The notes beneath the pieces were generated by a model, which saw only the letters and a list, made by a program, of their open reading frames with translations, was not told where the DNA came from and did no database searches. Positions 8,653 through 16,958 of a DNA stretch of 32,000 nt are shown piece after piece. Each line of letters begins with the position of its first letter. Position 1 is the stretch's first letter. Position numbers and translations under genes: made by a program. Source of the DNA: Aliivibrio fischeri ES114 (GTDB taxonomy: Bacteria; Pseudomonadota; Gammaproteobacteria; Enterobacterales; Vibrionaceae); NCBI RefSeq assembly GCF_000011805.1, contig NC_006841.2; one strand, given 5' to 3'.

Positions 8653-10013
8653 GTTATTTACCTAAAAGAGGGTTATATCCTCTTCAGCATAATAATGAAG
8701 AGAAAGGGTGGTCTGAACCAAAGATTATCCTTTCTTCATTTTTGGCTATTCTATTACCATCTGCATTGCTTTTAACTTTGCCTGTATTTTCCGTTACAGG
8801 CTTAAGCTTTATGGATGCGTTGTTTACAGCAACATCCGCCATCAGTGTAACGGGCTTAGGTGTGGTAGATACGGGAACCCATTTCACCACTAGTGGCAAA
8901 ATTGTCTTAATGTTTTTAATGCAGATAGGTGGATTAGGTCAAATGACTTTATCTGCTGTTCTACTGTATATATTCGGTTTAAGGTTGAGTTTACGTCAAC
9001 AAGCCTTAGCAAAAGAGGCATTAGGACAAGAAAAGAAAGTGAATTTAAGAAAGTTGATTAAAGGCATTATTTGTTTTGCTTTAATTGCAGAATTGATTGG
9101 AATGATAGTGCTTTCCTTTCGTTGGGTACCAGAGTTTGGTATTGCGGAAGGCTTGTTCTACGCTGCGTTTCATTCTGTGTCAGCATTTAACAATGCCGGA
9201 TTTTCACTTTTCTCTGATAGTTTGATGGGGTATGTTGGAGATCCCCTTGTCATTTTCACGCTCTCATTATTATTTATTGGTGGTGGTTTAGGTTTCACAG
9301 TTATTGTTGATCTGGTTAAAAATGGATCAAAAGGATTTAAACGTCTACAGCTACATACTAAGATAATGTTAATTGCAACGCCAACATTGTTATTGGTCGG
9401 GACGTTGTTCTTTTATATTTTAGAATATCAAAATCCTAATACACTAGGTGCATTATCCAGTGGCGATAAATGGTTAGCTGCATTTTTTCAATCGGCAAGT
9501 GCTCGAACGGCGGGTTTCAACAGTGTTGATTTAACACTGTTCACTCAACCAGCCTTGTTAATTATGATCATATTAATGTTGATTGGTGCAGGTTCAACAT
9601 CGACTGGTGGTGGTCTAAAAGTGTCAACAATTACTGTTGCCGCAGTAGCTACATGGACATTTTTACGTCAAAAGAAAAATGTGGTGATGTTTAAGAGAAC
9701 CATTGGTTGGCCAATAGTAACTAAATCGTTAGCTATTATCGTTGTCAGTGGTTCATTATTATCAATAGCTATGTTTTCGCTAATGCTTACTGAAAAAGCA
9801 GGGTTTGATAAAGTCATGTTTGAGGTTATTTCTGCCTTTGCTACTGTGGGGTTAACTGCGGGCTTAACTGCAGAGTTATCTGAACCGGGCAAGTTCATTA
9901 TGGTCATCGTTATGATTATAGGCCGTATCGGTCCCTTAACTTTAGCGTACATGCTTGCAAGACCTGAAGTGTCGAGGGTGAAATATCCTGAAGAGAATGT
10001 ATTGACGGGGTAA
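8649..10013 (+). CDS. ktrB: potassium uptake membrane subunit KtrB (TrkH/KtrB family)
   Basis: The ATGA overlap with the ktrA stop indicates coupling. The 454-aa polytopic membrane protein has repeated selectivity-filter-like GLG/TAG(F/L) segments (TGLGV, NNAGFS, RTAGFN, TVGLT). Confidence 0.9.
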   Translation: MSYLPKRGLYPLQHNNEEKGWSEPKIILSSFLAILLPSALLLTLPVFSVTGLSFMDALFTATSAISVTGLGVVDTGTHFTTSGKIVLMFLMQIGGLGQMTLSAVLLYIFGLRLSLRQQALAKEALGQEKKVNLRKLIKGIICFALIAELIGMIVLSFRWVPEFGIAEGLFYAAFHSVSAFNNAGFSLFSDSLMGYVGDPLVIFTLSLLFIGGGLGFTVIVDLVKNGSKGFKRLQLHTKIMLIATPTLLLVGTLFFYILEYQNPNTLGALSSGDKWLAAFFQSASARTAGFNSVDLTLFTQPALLIMIILMLIGAGSTSTGGGLKVSTITVAAVATWTFLRQKKNVVMFKRTIGWPIVTKSLAIIVVSGSLLSIAMFSLMLTEKAGFDKVMFEVISAFATVGLTAGLTAELSEPGKFIMVIVMIIGRIGPLTLAYMLARPEVSRVKYPEENVLTG

Positions 10014-10015
10014 TA

Positions 10016-10194
10016 ATACCAATCCACATAAATATTTGATCATTCTTGCTTGTTAAAATCGATTATATCTGCGTTATACCTTTCTATTGCAAAAATTAGG
10101 TGCAATTAGAGCCACTAGTTACTGCAATTTATGCCTTGCTTTAATCGATTTTTCCTACGCAATTATCTGATCAACTACTTATCCGGATTGGTAT
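10016..10194. repeat. 179-bp element with ~50-bp imperfect terminal inverted repeats (MITE-like or structured RNA)
   Basis: The left arm ATACCAATCC..TTGATCA..TTGC..AAAATCGATTA (10016-10066) matches the reverse complement of 10142-10194 (ATACCAATCC..TTGATCA..TTGC..AAAAATCGATTA). By eye about 37 of 50 positions are identical. It starts 3 nt after the ktrB stop. Confidence 0.5.
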
Positions 10195-10211
10195 AGTTCA
10201 ATCCATAAAAG

Positions 10212-10244
10212 AAAAGGCATACAAAATAGTGTATGCCTTTTTTA
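10212..10244. terminator. bidirectional rho-independent terminator
   Basis: AAAAGGCATAC-aaaatagt-GTATGCCTTTTTT has an A-run and a T-run flanking the stem. It lies between the convergent ktrB and the MscS-family gene. Confidence 0.8.
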
Positions 10245-10263
10245 TGTTTTTCAGATCGTATTT

Positions 10264-11337
10264 TTATTCAGAAGGGATCTGTTCAACTTTTAGAGTTTGT
10301 GTAGGGAAGGCTATTTCAGCATTATTTTGAGCAATAATATCCCCAATTTTGATCAGTACGTCTTGTTTTACTTTATGGTATTCAATCCAATTGACCGTTT
10401 TAGTAAAGGTATAAACTAATAAGTCCAAAGACGAAGGACCAAAACCGTTAAAGTTCACAATGAGTGTCTGGTTACTATCGATATCATTATGCTCTTGTAA
10501 CATCGTTTTTATTTCATCAACGATGCGCTCAATGCTATGAATATCATCATATCTAATGCCAATATCCTCTTTAATTCGACGATTAAGCATGCGTGATGGG
10601 TTTTCTACGACAATATTGCTAAATACTGAGTTAGGGACATAAAGAGGGCGCTTATCAAAGGTTCTTATTACCGTCATACGCCAACCAATTCTTTCAACCG
10701 TTCCTTCTAAAGAACGATCAGGAGATCGAATCCAATCACCAACTTTGAATGGGCGGTCAAAATAAATCATCATCCCCCCGAAGAAATTCGAGAGAAGATC
10801 TTTAGCAGCTAAACCGACGACTAAGCCACCAACACCACCAAAGGTGAGTAGACCTGATAAACTTAGTCCAACCCCTTGCATTAAAGAGAGAACGCCTAAG
10901 GTGATAAAAATAAGGCGTACTACTTTGCCAAGAGCTAAAACAGTGGTTTCGTCATGTTTAGGGTTCGTTAAAAACTGTTTTTCAATTAAGCTTGTTAACC
11001 TTAATGCAGACCAAATAAAACCCCATATTAAAATAAATACTTGTAACTCAGGAAGCCATGTCGAACTGAAATGAGTCTGAGTTGACAGTAAAATCTTGAG
11101 TGAAGCAGTTGCAGGCCAAAGCCAAATAACAAGAGTTACAGGAGCGGAGATAGCGGTAATGACAGCATCGTCCCAAGGTAGTTGAGTTTTTGCTGCAATA
11201 TGATGAAGGCGTTTAATGATTACTCGCCAAGATAGCCAAAGAAATGCACTAAATAGAGTGATCACGATAATATTTTGTGCCCAATCGTGATCTTTAAACT
11301 CTAAAAGCGTATTCCACCAATCAAGGAAACGTGTCAT
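10264..11337 (-). CDS. mechanosensitive ion channel, MscS family
   Basis: The 357-aa product has N-terminal TM helices, then the pore helix and beta-domain signature GVGGLVVGLAAKDLLSNFFGGMMIYFDRPFKVGDWI typical of MscS-family channels. Confidence 0.9.
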   Translation of the reverse strand: MTRFLDWWNTLLEFKDHDWAQNIIVITLFSAFLWLSWRVIIKRLHHIAAKTQLPWDDAVITAISAPVTLVIWLWPATASLKILLSTQTHFSSTWLPELQVFILIWGFIWSALRLTSLIEKQFLTNPKHDETTVLALGKVVRLIFITLGVLSLMQGVGLSLSGLLTFGGVGGLVVGLAAKDLLSNFFGGMMIYFDRPFKVGDWIRSPDRSLEGTVERIGWRMTVIRTFDKRPLYVPNSVFSNIVVENPSRMLNRRIKEDIGIRYDDIHSIERIVDEIKTMLQEHNDIDSNQTLIVNFNGFGPSSLDLLVYTFTKTVNWIEYHKVKQDVLIKIGDIIAQNNAEIAFPTQTLKVEQIPSE

Positions 11338-11355
11338 TGAAAGTTCTCTTTTATT

Positions 11356-12006
11356 CTAAAAGAGGTAGCTTATCACTTCATCTGCCCAAATAAAGTAGAT
11401 AAACACAGATATGACAGCAAAAATGATCCAAGCCTTAAATGGATGCTTCATTTTTGGTTCTGTTTCATCTAAATCTACTTTCCCTGTAAACATAGGAAGT
11501 ATTAAATTAACGCCTTTTAATCGATATAAGATAACCGCAATTACATGAACAGCAGTAAAACCTAATATTAAATCAAAATTTAGGTGATGGATCCTAGTAA
11601 GAAAGCCACTTTTATCATAACTAACAAGATAAGCTAATGGACCTTCAGAAAGAATATCATCATTACTAAATAACCCTGTCACTAATTGCACTAATAATAG
11701 AAGCAATAATGCCAATACCATGTAACCACCCGCTGGATTATGTCCTTTTGAATGGTGTAAGCCATTAGTATGCGAGGTTTTCAGATAGTTAATAACAGAT
11801 TGTGGAGAGCCTAGAAAGTGAGAGAATCGAGCCGTATCACTTCCAATAAAGCCCCAAAGGATTCTTGTTAAGAGTAGGGCCATTAAAAGATAAGCTAGAG
11901 TGAAATGTAACTCCATTAGCCCTTCTTCAGCGGTATACCATAAAGAGCCAAGTACAACGACTTGGCTCCAGTGGTAAATTCGGACAAAACTATCCCAAAT
12001 TTTCAC
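11356..12006 (-). CDS. cytochrome b561 / Ni-Fe-hydrogenase b-type cytochrome family membrane protein
   Basis: The 216-aa product has four TM segments and conserved His residues (RIYHWSQ, HFTLAY, GHNPAG, AVHVIAV). It lies directly downstream of cytochrome c'. Confidence 0.8.
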   Translation of the reverse strand: MKIWDSFVRIYHWSQVVVLGSLWYTAEEGLMELHFTLAYLLMALLLTRILWGFIGSDTARFSHFLGSPQSVINYLKTSHTNGLHHSKGHNPAGGYMVLALLLLLLVQLVTGLFSNDDILSEGPLAYLVSYDKSGFLTRIHHLNFDLILGFTAVHVIAVILYRLKGVNLILPMFTGKVDLDETEPKMKHPFKAWIIFAVISVFIYFIWADEVISYLF

Positions 12007-12021
12007 GTGTTAGTCTCCAGA

Positions 12022-12477
12022 TTAACGTGCTTTGTAATCAGAGTGGCAAGCTTTACAGTTTTTCACTGTTTTCCCAAAAGCTTTACGAATCGCCGCTTTA
12101 TCACCTTTATCTGAAATTTCTGCAAGTGCAGCTGCGTCTTCTTGGAATTGAGCTAAACGAGCTTCAAAATCAGGGAAATTAACCCACACTTTTGGAAGTG
12201 CATTTGTTTTTCCCTTATCTGAGCCTTCTACATAAAAAGCATCAAGAGTCATTAGCGAAAGTTGTGAGAGTTGATTTGCTCTTTTAGCAAAAATAACATC
12301 ACTCCAATCTGTCTTTCCTTTGACCATATCACCCATTTCACTTACGTTACCAGCGATCATTGTGAATGCAGCTTGACGGTATGCAATGGCTTTATCTGCT
12401 TCATTAAAAGTATGTGCAAAAACGGAAGTAGATGCTAAAAGTGATGATGCAATAACCAGTGATTGAAATTTTTTCAT
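12022..12477 (-). CDS. cytochrome c' (class II c-type cytochrome), periplasmic
   Basis: The C-terminal heme motif CKACH lies near the end (NCKACHSDYKAR). The signal peptide MKKFQSLVIASSLLASTSVFA begins at the Met at 12477. The longer 12513 start adds 12 residues ahead of the signal peptide. Confidence 0.85.
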   Translation of the reverse strand: MKKFQSLVIASSLLASTSVFAHTFNEADKAIAYRQAAFTMIAGNVSEMGDMVKGKTDWSDVIFAKRANQLSQLSLMTLDAFYVEGSDKGKTNALPKVWVNFPDFEARLAQFQEDAAALAEISDKGDKAAIRKAFGKTVKNCKACHSDYKAR

Positions 12478-12672
12478 ATTGAGCTGTCCTTGAATTGTAA
12501 TTATTTTTCGCACTTATTATATAAAATGATGCATAAAAGAAGTAGATGAATATCACGACATTTACATAATCTTTACATTGTCTCATTAGGTAGAAATTAA
12601 TTGTTAGCTGCATCTGAAAACAAATTGCGTATAATGACACTGTATTTTTCAAATTAGGTTTATCAGTTTTTT

Positions 12673-13200
12673 ATGCGAATTTTAAATATTACAACGCATC
12701 CAGATTTAGAGCGTTTAGATAACCATAAAATTCTTCATCGTAATGCAACTCGCGGAATTATTTTAAAAGGCGAAGAGATCCTTCTTTTATACACTGAGCG
12801 TTATCAAGATTATTCATTACCTGGTGGTGGATTAGATGAAGGCGAAGATGTTATTGCTGGTTTAGTTAGAGAGATCGAAGAAGAGACAGGTGCAAAAAAC
12901 ATCTCAAATATCGAACCATTTGGTATGTATGAAGAATTTCGCCCTTGGTATAAACATGAGTGTAATGTGTTGCATATGATTTCTTATTGTTACACTTGCG
13001 AATGTGATAGAGAGTTAGGCGAAACTAACTACGAAAGTTACGAAATCAGAAACGGTATGAAGCCTGTATGGATTAATATCCATGAAGCGATCGCTCATAA
13101 CGAAGACATTATTTCAAATAGTGATAAAAAAGGAATGAGCATTGAGCGAGAAACGTTTCTTTTGCATTTGATTGCTAAAGAGTGTTTGAATGCTGAATAA
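12673..13200 (+). CDS. NUDIX hydrolase
   Basis: The Nudix box GGGLDEGEDVIAGLVREIEEETG (Gx5Ex7REUxEExGU) is present. Confidence 0.9.
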   Translation: MRILNITTHPDLERLDNHKILHRNATRGIILKGEEILLLYTERYQDYSLPGGGLDEGEDVIAGLVREIEEETGAKNISNIEPFGMYEEFRPWYKHECNVLHMISYCYTCECDRELGETNYESYEIRNGMKPVWINIHEAIAHNEDIISNSDKKGMSIERETFLLHLIAKECLNAE

Positions 13201-13411
13201 AGAACAAATCATTAAACTTACTCAAGTGACAATGCCATTTGGAAAGTATTCAGGAAGAGTGTTAATCGATTTACCTGAAGAATATTTATTATGGTTTGAG
13301 CGTAAAGATGGCTTTCCAAAAGGAGAGTTGGGTGAGTTAATGGCTTTAAGTCTCGCGATGAAAATCGAAGGGCTTGATGAAGTTATTCGACCATTAAAAT
13401 ATCGTCGTTAA
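13190..13411 (+). CDS. DUF3820 family protein
   Basis: The 73-aa product reads MPFGKYSGRVLIDLPEEYLLWFERKDGFPKGELGELM, matching the conserved DUF3820 core as I remember it. It overlaps the NUDIX stop by 11 nt. Confidence 0.75.
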   Translation: MLNKEQIIKLTQVTMPFGKYSGRVLIDLPEEYLLWFERKDGFPKGELGELMALSLAMKIEGLDEVIRPLKYRR

Positions 13412-13419
13412 CTTTAGAT

Positions 13420-13455
13420 GGTTCAATTAACATAATGATGTTTGTTAATTGAACC
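13420..13455. terminator. 13-bp perfect hairpin between convergent genes (terminator candidate)
   Basis: GGTTCAATTAACA-taatgatgtt-TGTTAATTGAACC. There is no clear U-run on either side, so activity is uncertain. Confidence 0.4.
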
Positions 13456-13482
13456 TCTAGATTTCAATCATAGTCTCAATGG

Positions 13483-13809
13483 TTATTTGAATTGAGATTC
13501 CCCTTTTTTTGCTCGTTGAAAATCTTCCGTTAATTCTTCTTGGGGGGCATCATTCAATAAGTAGCTTAGTGCAGAACAAAAGCTATTTGTTTCATCATAG
13601 ACCTCACGAGAGCGATCAATATGACGTTCAGCGGTTCTACGTACTTGTGGATCATTCTGAGGGTTGCTGTATTGGACTTGTTGGTCAAACACGGCTTTAA
13701 CATATTTTTGCTTACAGATATCTTCATTCTCAGGTGTCGCAACGATATCCGCAAAAGCGTAAGAAGAAGTTAGCCCCATTAATAAGGCGTAAAAAAAGTG
13801 TTTTTTCAT
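13483..13809 (-). CDS. hypothetical secreted/periplasmic protein (108 aa)
   Basis: It has a signal-peptide-like N-terminus (MKKHFFYALLMGLTSSYAFA/DIV), two Cys residues and a charged C-terminus. I recognise no family. Confidence 0.6.
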   Translation of the reverse strand: MKKHFFYALLMGLTSSYAFADIVATPENEDICKQKYVKAVFDQQVQYSNPQNDPQVRRTAERHIDRSREVYDETNSFCSALSYLLNDAPQEELTEDFQRAKKGESQFK

Positions 13810-14060
13810 TATGTTATTGACCTTATTCTTAATTACGAGTGGATTTTACGGATAGCGTACATTGAGTGCAATCTTTATCATTAATAAATTGATTTTGGTT
13901 TAAAAAAGTCGTTCAGACATTTTGCCAATCGGTATAAATTTAATTTATTGATGAACTTATTAACTCACTATGTTGATAATTCGACTTCTATCACTGCAAA
14001 TTTTCTATTGCTACATACTATATACAGCGTTAATAAATTTAGTATACGGTAGAGAATAAT

Positions 14061-14975
14061 ATGATTAGTAAAACGACAATCGCACCACAAGGACCGCAAT
14101 TTTCAGAACTTGTTCAAGGGTATTGGCGTCTTGGGGATTGGGGAATGACTCCGCAAGAAAGATTGCGTTTTTTAAAACAGCATATTGAACTTGGGATCAC
14201 GACTGTTGACCATGCTGACATTTATGGTGGATACCAATGTGAGACTTTATTTGGTGAAGCATTAGCATTAGCGTTAGAGCCATCATTGCGCGATAGCATG
14301 GAGATCGTGACTAAATGCGATATTAATTTATGTACGCCAGATTTCCCGAATCGAAAGATTAATCATTATGATACATCAAAAGCACACATTCTTAATTCGG
14401 TAAATAACTCTTTAACACGTTTAAATATTACCGAAATTGATGTGCTATTAATTCATCGATTGGATGTATTAATGAACGCTGATGAAGTAGCTGATACGTT
14501 TAATCAGTTACAAAAAGAAGGGAAGGTTAAACACTTTGGTGTTTCAAACTTTACACCAAGTCATTTTGATCTGCTTCAATCCCGATTAGATAAACCATTA
14601 GTGACTAACCAAGTAGAGATTAATCCACTTAATTTTGAAGTAGCGCATGATGGCACACTAGATCAACTTCAAATGAATCGAATTAAACCAATGGCTTGGT
14701 CATGCTTAGCGGGTGGTGAGATTTTCTTTGGACAATCAGAGCAAGCAATACGTGTACGTAATGTGCTTGAAGAGTTAAAAGAAGAGGTTGGAGCACAAAG
14801 TATTGATCAAGTTATTTATGCTTGGGTTCGAAAATTACCATCAAGTCCACTACCAATTATTGGCTCTGGTAACATTGAGCGTGTGAAAGCGGCTGTTGAT
14901 GCAATGAATATAGAACTTACTCGTGAACAATGGTATCGAGTGTGGGTTGAATCAAAAGGTCACGGTGTGCCGTAG
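14061..14975 (+). CDS. aldo/keto reductase family oxidoreductase (YdhF-like)
   Basis: The 304-aa product has AKR motifs: GITTVDHADIYG, the catalytic Lys context (EIVTKC), LLIHRLD, VKHFGVSNF and the C-terminal IIGSGNIERV. Confidence 0.88.
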   Translation: MISKTTIAPQGPQFSELVQGYWRLGDWGMTPQERLRFLKQHIELGITTVDHADIYGGYQCETLFGEALALALEPSLRDSMEIVTKCDINLCTPDFPNRKINHYDTSKAHILNSVNNSLTRLNITEIDVLLIHRLDVLMNADEVADTFNQLQKEGKVKHFGVSNFTPSHFDLLQSRLDKPLVTNQVEINPLNFEVAHDGTLDQLQMNRIKPMAWSCLAGGEIFFGQSEQAIRVRNVLEELKEEVGAQSIDQVIYAWVRKLPSSPLPIIGSGNIERVKAAVDAMNIELTREQWYRVWVESKGHGVP

Positions 14976-15001
14976 AGCTCTTCTGTGATTAAGTAAGAAA
15001 C

Positions 15002-15035
15002 AAAAATGGGATGCAATTTGGCATCCCATTTTTAT
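15002..15035. terminator. bidirectional rho-independent terminator
   Basis: AAAAATGGGATGC-caaattt-GCATCCCATTTTT. It lies between the convergent AKR gene and pyrC. Confidence 0.85.
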
Positions 15036-15058
15036 TGTTAGCTTATTTTATCTATGAC

Positions 15059-16087
15059 TTACTTTACTAGCCACTCAACAGCTTCACCAGCACGAATTGG
15101 TACAACAAAGTCATTTCCAAATGCCATTGTCTCTGGTGCAATCCACGCTTCTTTTACAAGCGTTATTGTGTCAGTGTTGCGAGGTAGGTTATAAAAATCT
15201 GGACCATTAAAGCTTGCGAATGCTTCTAGGTTTTCTAACTTACCTTCGTTTTCAAATACTTCTGCATAAAGCTCGATTGAAGCGTGGGCAGTATATGAAC
15301 CAGCACAACCACAAGCCGCTTCTTTTTTGTCTTTTGCATGAGGTGCTGAATCAGTACCTAAGAAAAATTTAGGATTACCGCTTGTTGCAGCTTCCACTAG
15401 AGCTTGTTGGTGTGTATTGCGTTTTAAAATTGGTAAACAGTAGAAGTGAGGTTTAATACCACCAACTAACATGTGGTTACGGTTAAACAATAAGTGATGC
15501 GCTGTAATGGTTGCAGCAACGTTTGGACCTGCGTTTTTAACAAAATCTGCCGCATCTTTAGTTGTGATGTGCTCAAGTACAATTTTTAGCTCAGGAAAAT
15601 CATTAACGATAGGCGCTAAAACTGTATCAAGGAAAGTCTTTTCACGATCGAAGATATCAATATCATGAGTTGTTACTTCCCCATGAATAAGTAAAAGCAT
15701 GCCTTCTTCTTGCATCGTTTTTAGAATAGGGTAAACGTTTTTAACGTCGCTTACACCAGAGTCTGAGTTTGTTGTAGCACCAGCTGGATACAGTTTTGCT
15801 GCTACGATATGTCCAGTCGCTTTCGCTTTTCGGATCTCTTCTGATGTTGTCTTTTCTGTTAGATAAAGAGACATAAGAGGAGCAAAAGAATCAGATTTGT
15901 TTTCAGCCTGAATGCGTTCACGGTAACTTAATGCTTGTTCGGTAGTTGTTACAGGTGGTACAAGGTTTGGCATGATTAAAGCTCTGCCGTTGTAACGACC
16001 AGAGTCACGAACTGTGTCAGTTAACACATCACCATCACGTAAGTGTAAATGCCAATCATCAGGACGAGTAATTGTTAAAGTTGTCAT
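15059..16087 (-). CDS. pyrC: dihydroorotase (class II, homodimeric type)
   Basis: The 342-aa product reads [19 protein letters not shown]...[13 protein letters not shown]...HGE...EHITT...LGTDSAPH. This is the full-length PyrC pattern, including the HxH and carboxylated-Lys contexts. Confidence 0.96.
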   Translation of the reverse strand: MTTLTITRPDDWHLHLRDGDVLTDTVRDSGRYNGRALIMPNLVPPVTTTEQALSYRERIQAENKSDSFAPLMSLYLTEKTTSEEIRKAKATGHIVAAKLYPAGATTNSDSGVSDVKNVYPILKTMQEEGMLLLIHGEVTTHDIDIFDREKTFLDTVLAPIVNDFPELKIVLEHITTKDAADFVKNAGPNVAATITAHHLLFNRNHMLVGGIKPHFYCLPILKRNTHQQALVEAATSGNPKFFLGTDSAPHAKDKKEAACGCAGSYTAHASIELYAEVFENEGKLENLEAFASFNGPDFYNLPRNTDTITLVKEAWIAPETMAFGNDFVVPIRAGEAVEWLVK

Positions 16088-16134
16088 TTGCTGCTCCCAC
16101 CAGTAAAAGAATAATTAAGGAGCCTAAATAATGA

Positions 16135-16150
16135 AGTTAATCGTTTGCTT
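16135..16150 (-). promoter_or_regulatory. PurR-box-like sequence upstream of pyrC
   Basis: AGTTAATCGTTTGCTT matches 11 of 16 positions of ACGCAAACGTTTGCGT, with the central CGTTTGC intact. It lies 48-63 nt upstream of the pyrC ATG. Confidence 0.3.
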
Positions 16151-16370
16151 AGGCGGTAGGATTCTAAAGCAAAATAAAAGAGAACGATAGAAAAAGTTAT
16201 AATTTACAACAAAGAAGACACAATAATACGTAAGAAAAAATGAATAGATTACTTTTCGTTTTAAAAATATGTACTGGTTAAATAGAAATGTCTGCTAAGG
16301 AATATTATTGACGAAAGCTCTTAAAATAGACACAATCGCTGTGTTTTTATACAAAATAGAGGAATGTTTT

Positions 16371-16568
16371 ATGAAAAATAAAGCTAAATTAAGGCTAACT
16401 GCCACAGATGAACTGGAGCATGGTAGAGGCCAAATTAAAGATAATGCATTAAAAGCTGTCGTAACTAGCCAATTATTTAGAACTCGAATAGTAAAAGCGA
16501 AAAAAGGAAAGGGCAGCTATTCACGAAAAGGGAGAGGAGGTAAAGAGCCCTATTCAAAAGCAACATAA
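16371..16568 (+). CDS. arfA: alternative ribosome-rescue factor ArfA
   Basis: ATG at 16371 follows AGAGGAA. The 65-aa product contains GQIKDNALKAVV..LFRTRIVKAKKGKGSYSRKGR, which matches the E. coli ArfA core [33 protein letters not shown]. Confidence 0.85.
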   Translation: MKNKAKLRLTATDELEHGRGQIKDNALKAVVTSQLFRTRIVKAKKGKGSYSRKGRGGKEPYSKAT

Positions 16569-16597
16569 GAATGTTGAGTTTGAATAGGGCTTTTTTT
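16547..16597 (+). terminator. long hairpin plus T7 run that encloses the last arfA codons and the stop codon (terminator / RNase III-type substrate)
   Basis: The outer stem GCCCTATTCAAA (16547-16558) pairs with TTTGAATAGGGC (16579-16590). The inner stem is CAACAT/ATGTTG with an AAGA loop. The TAA stop (16566-16568) sits at the hairpin tip. TTTTTTT follows. Confidence 0.8.
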
Positions 16598-16719
16598 GTG
16601 ATCAATATTGTGTTTTTTTAGTCGATGAGGTTAAAGAACCATCAATCAATGAGTTAAGTGTAAAAAAGTGCTTTACCTCTGCGCTCAGTATGGCATTATC
16701 TATCTCGTTCCAACGATGT

Positions 16720-16794
<75 letters not shown>

Positions 16795-16802
16795 AATTCT
16801 AT

Positions 16803-16837
16803 AAAAAAAGCTCTCGTATTAACGAGAGCTTTTTTTA
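16803..16837 (+). terminator. rho-independent terminator after tRNA-Gly
   Basis: AGCTCTCG-tattaa-CGAGAGCT followed by TTTTTTT. Confidence 0.85.
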
Positions 16838-16958
16838 TGCCTGTAATTTATACAAATATTAAAATTGTTTCTTTTTCAAATATTTAAGAGTCGATCACTA
16901 AATCTAGTTAATTTTCTATCTATACTGATGAAAATCACTGAAATTAAGAGGTCGCCTT

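Noticed and set aside
9668-10027. A 119-aa minus-strand ORF. The short antisense ORFs at 8684-8899, 10844-11074, 21382-21672 and 23553-23756 fall in the same category.
   Set aside because: All lie antisense within well-supported genes (ktrB, the MscS-family gene, tdh and the LysR gene). None has a recognisable motif or ribosome-binding site.
12526-12534. An NsrR-like ATGATGCAT motif upstream of cytochrome c'.
   Set aside because: Only one half-site is present. I could not find the partner half of the 11-1-11 dyad, which is too weak to call.
12404-12652. An 82-aa minus-strand ORF upstream of and overlapping the cytochrome c' start.
   Set aside because: It is AT-rich promoter and leader sequence. 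Its translation is Phe/Ile/Tyr-rich low complexity, and it overlaps the signal-peptide codons of cytochrome c' out of frame.
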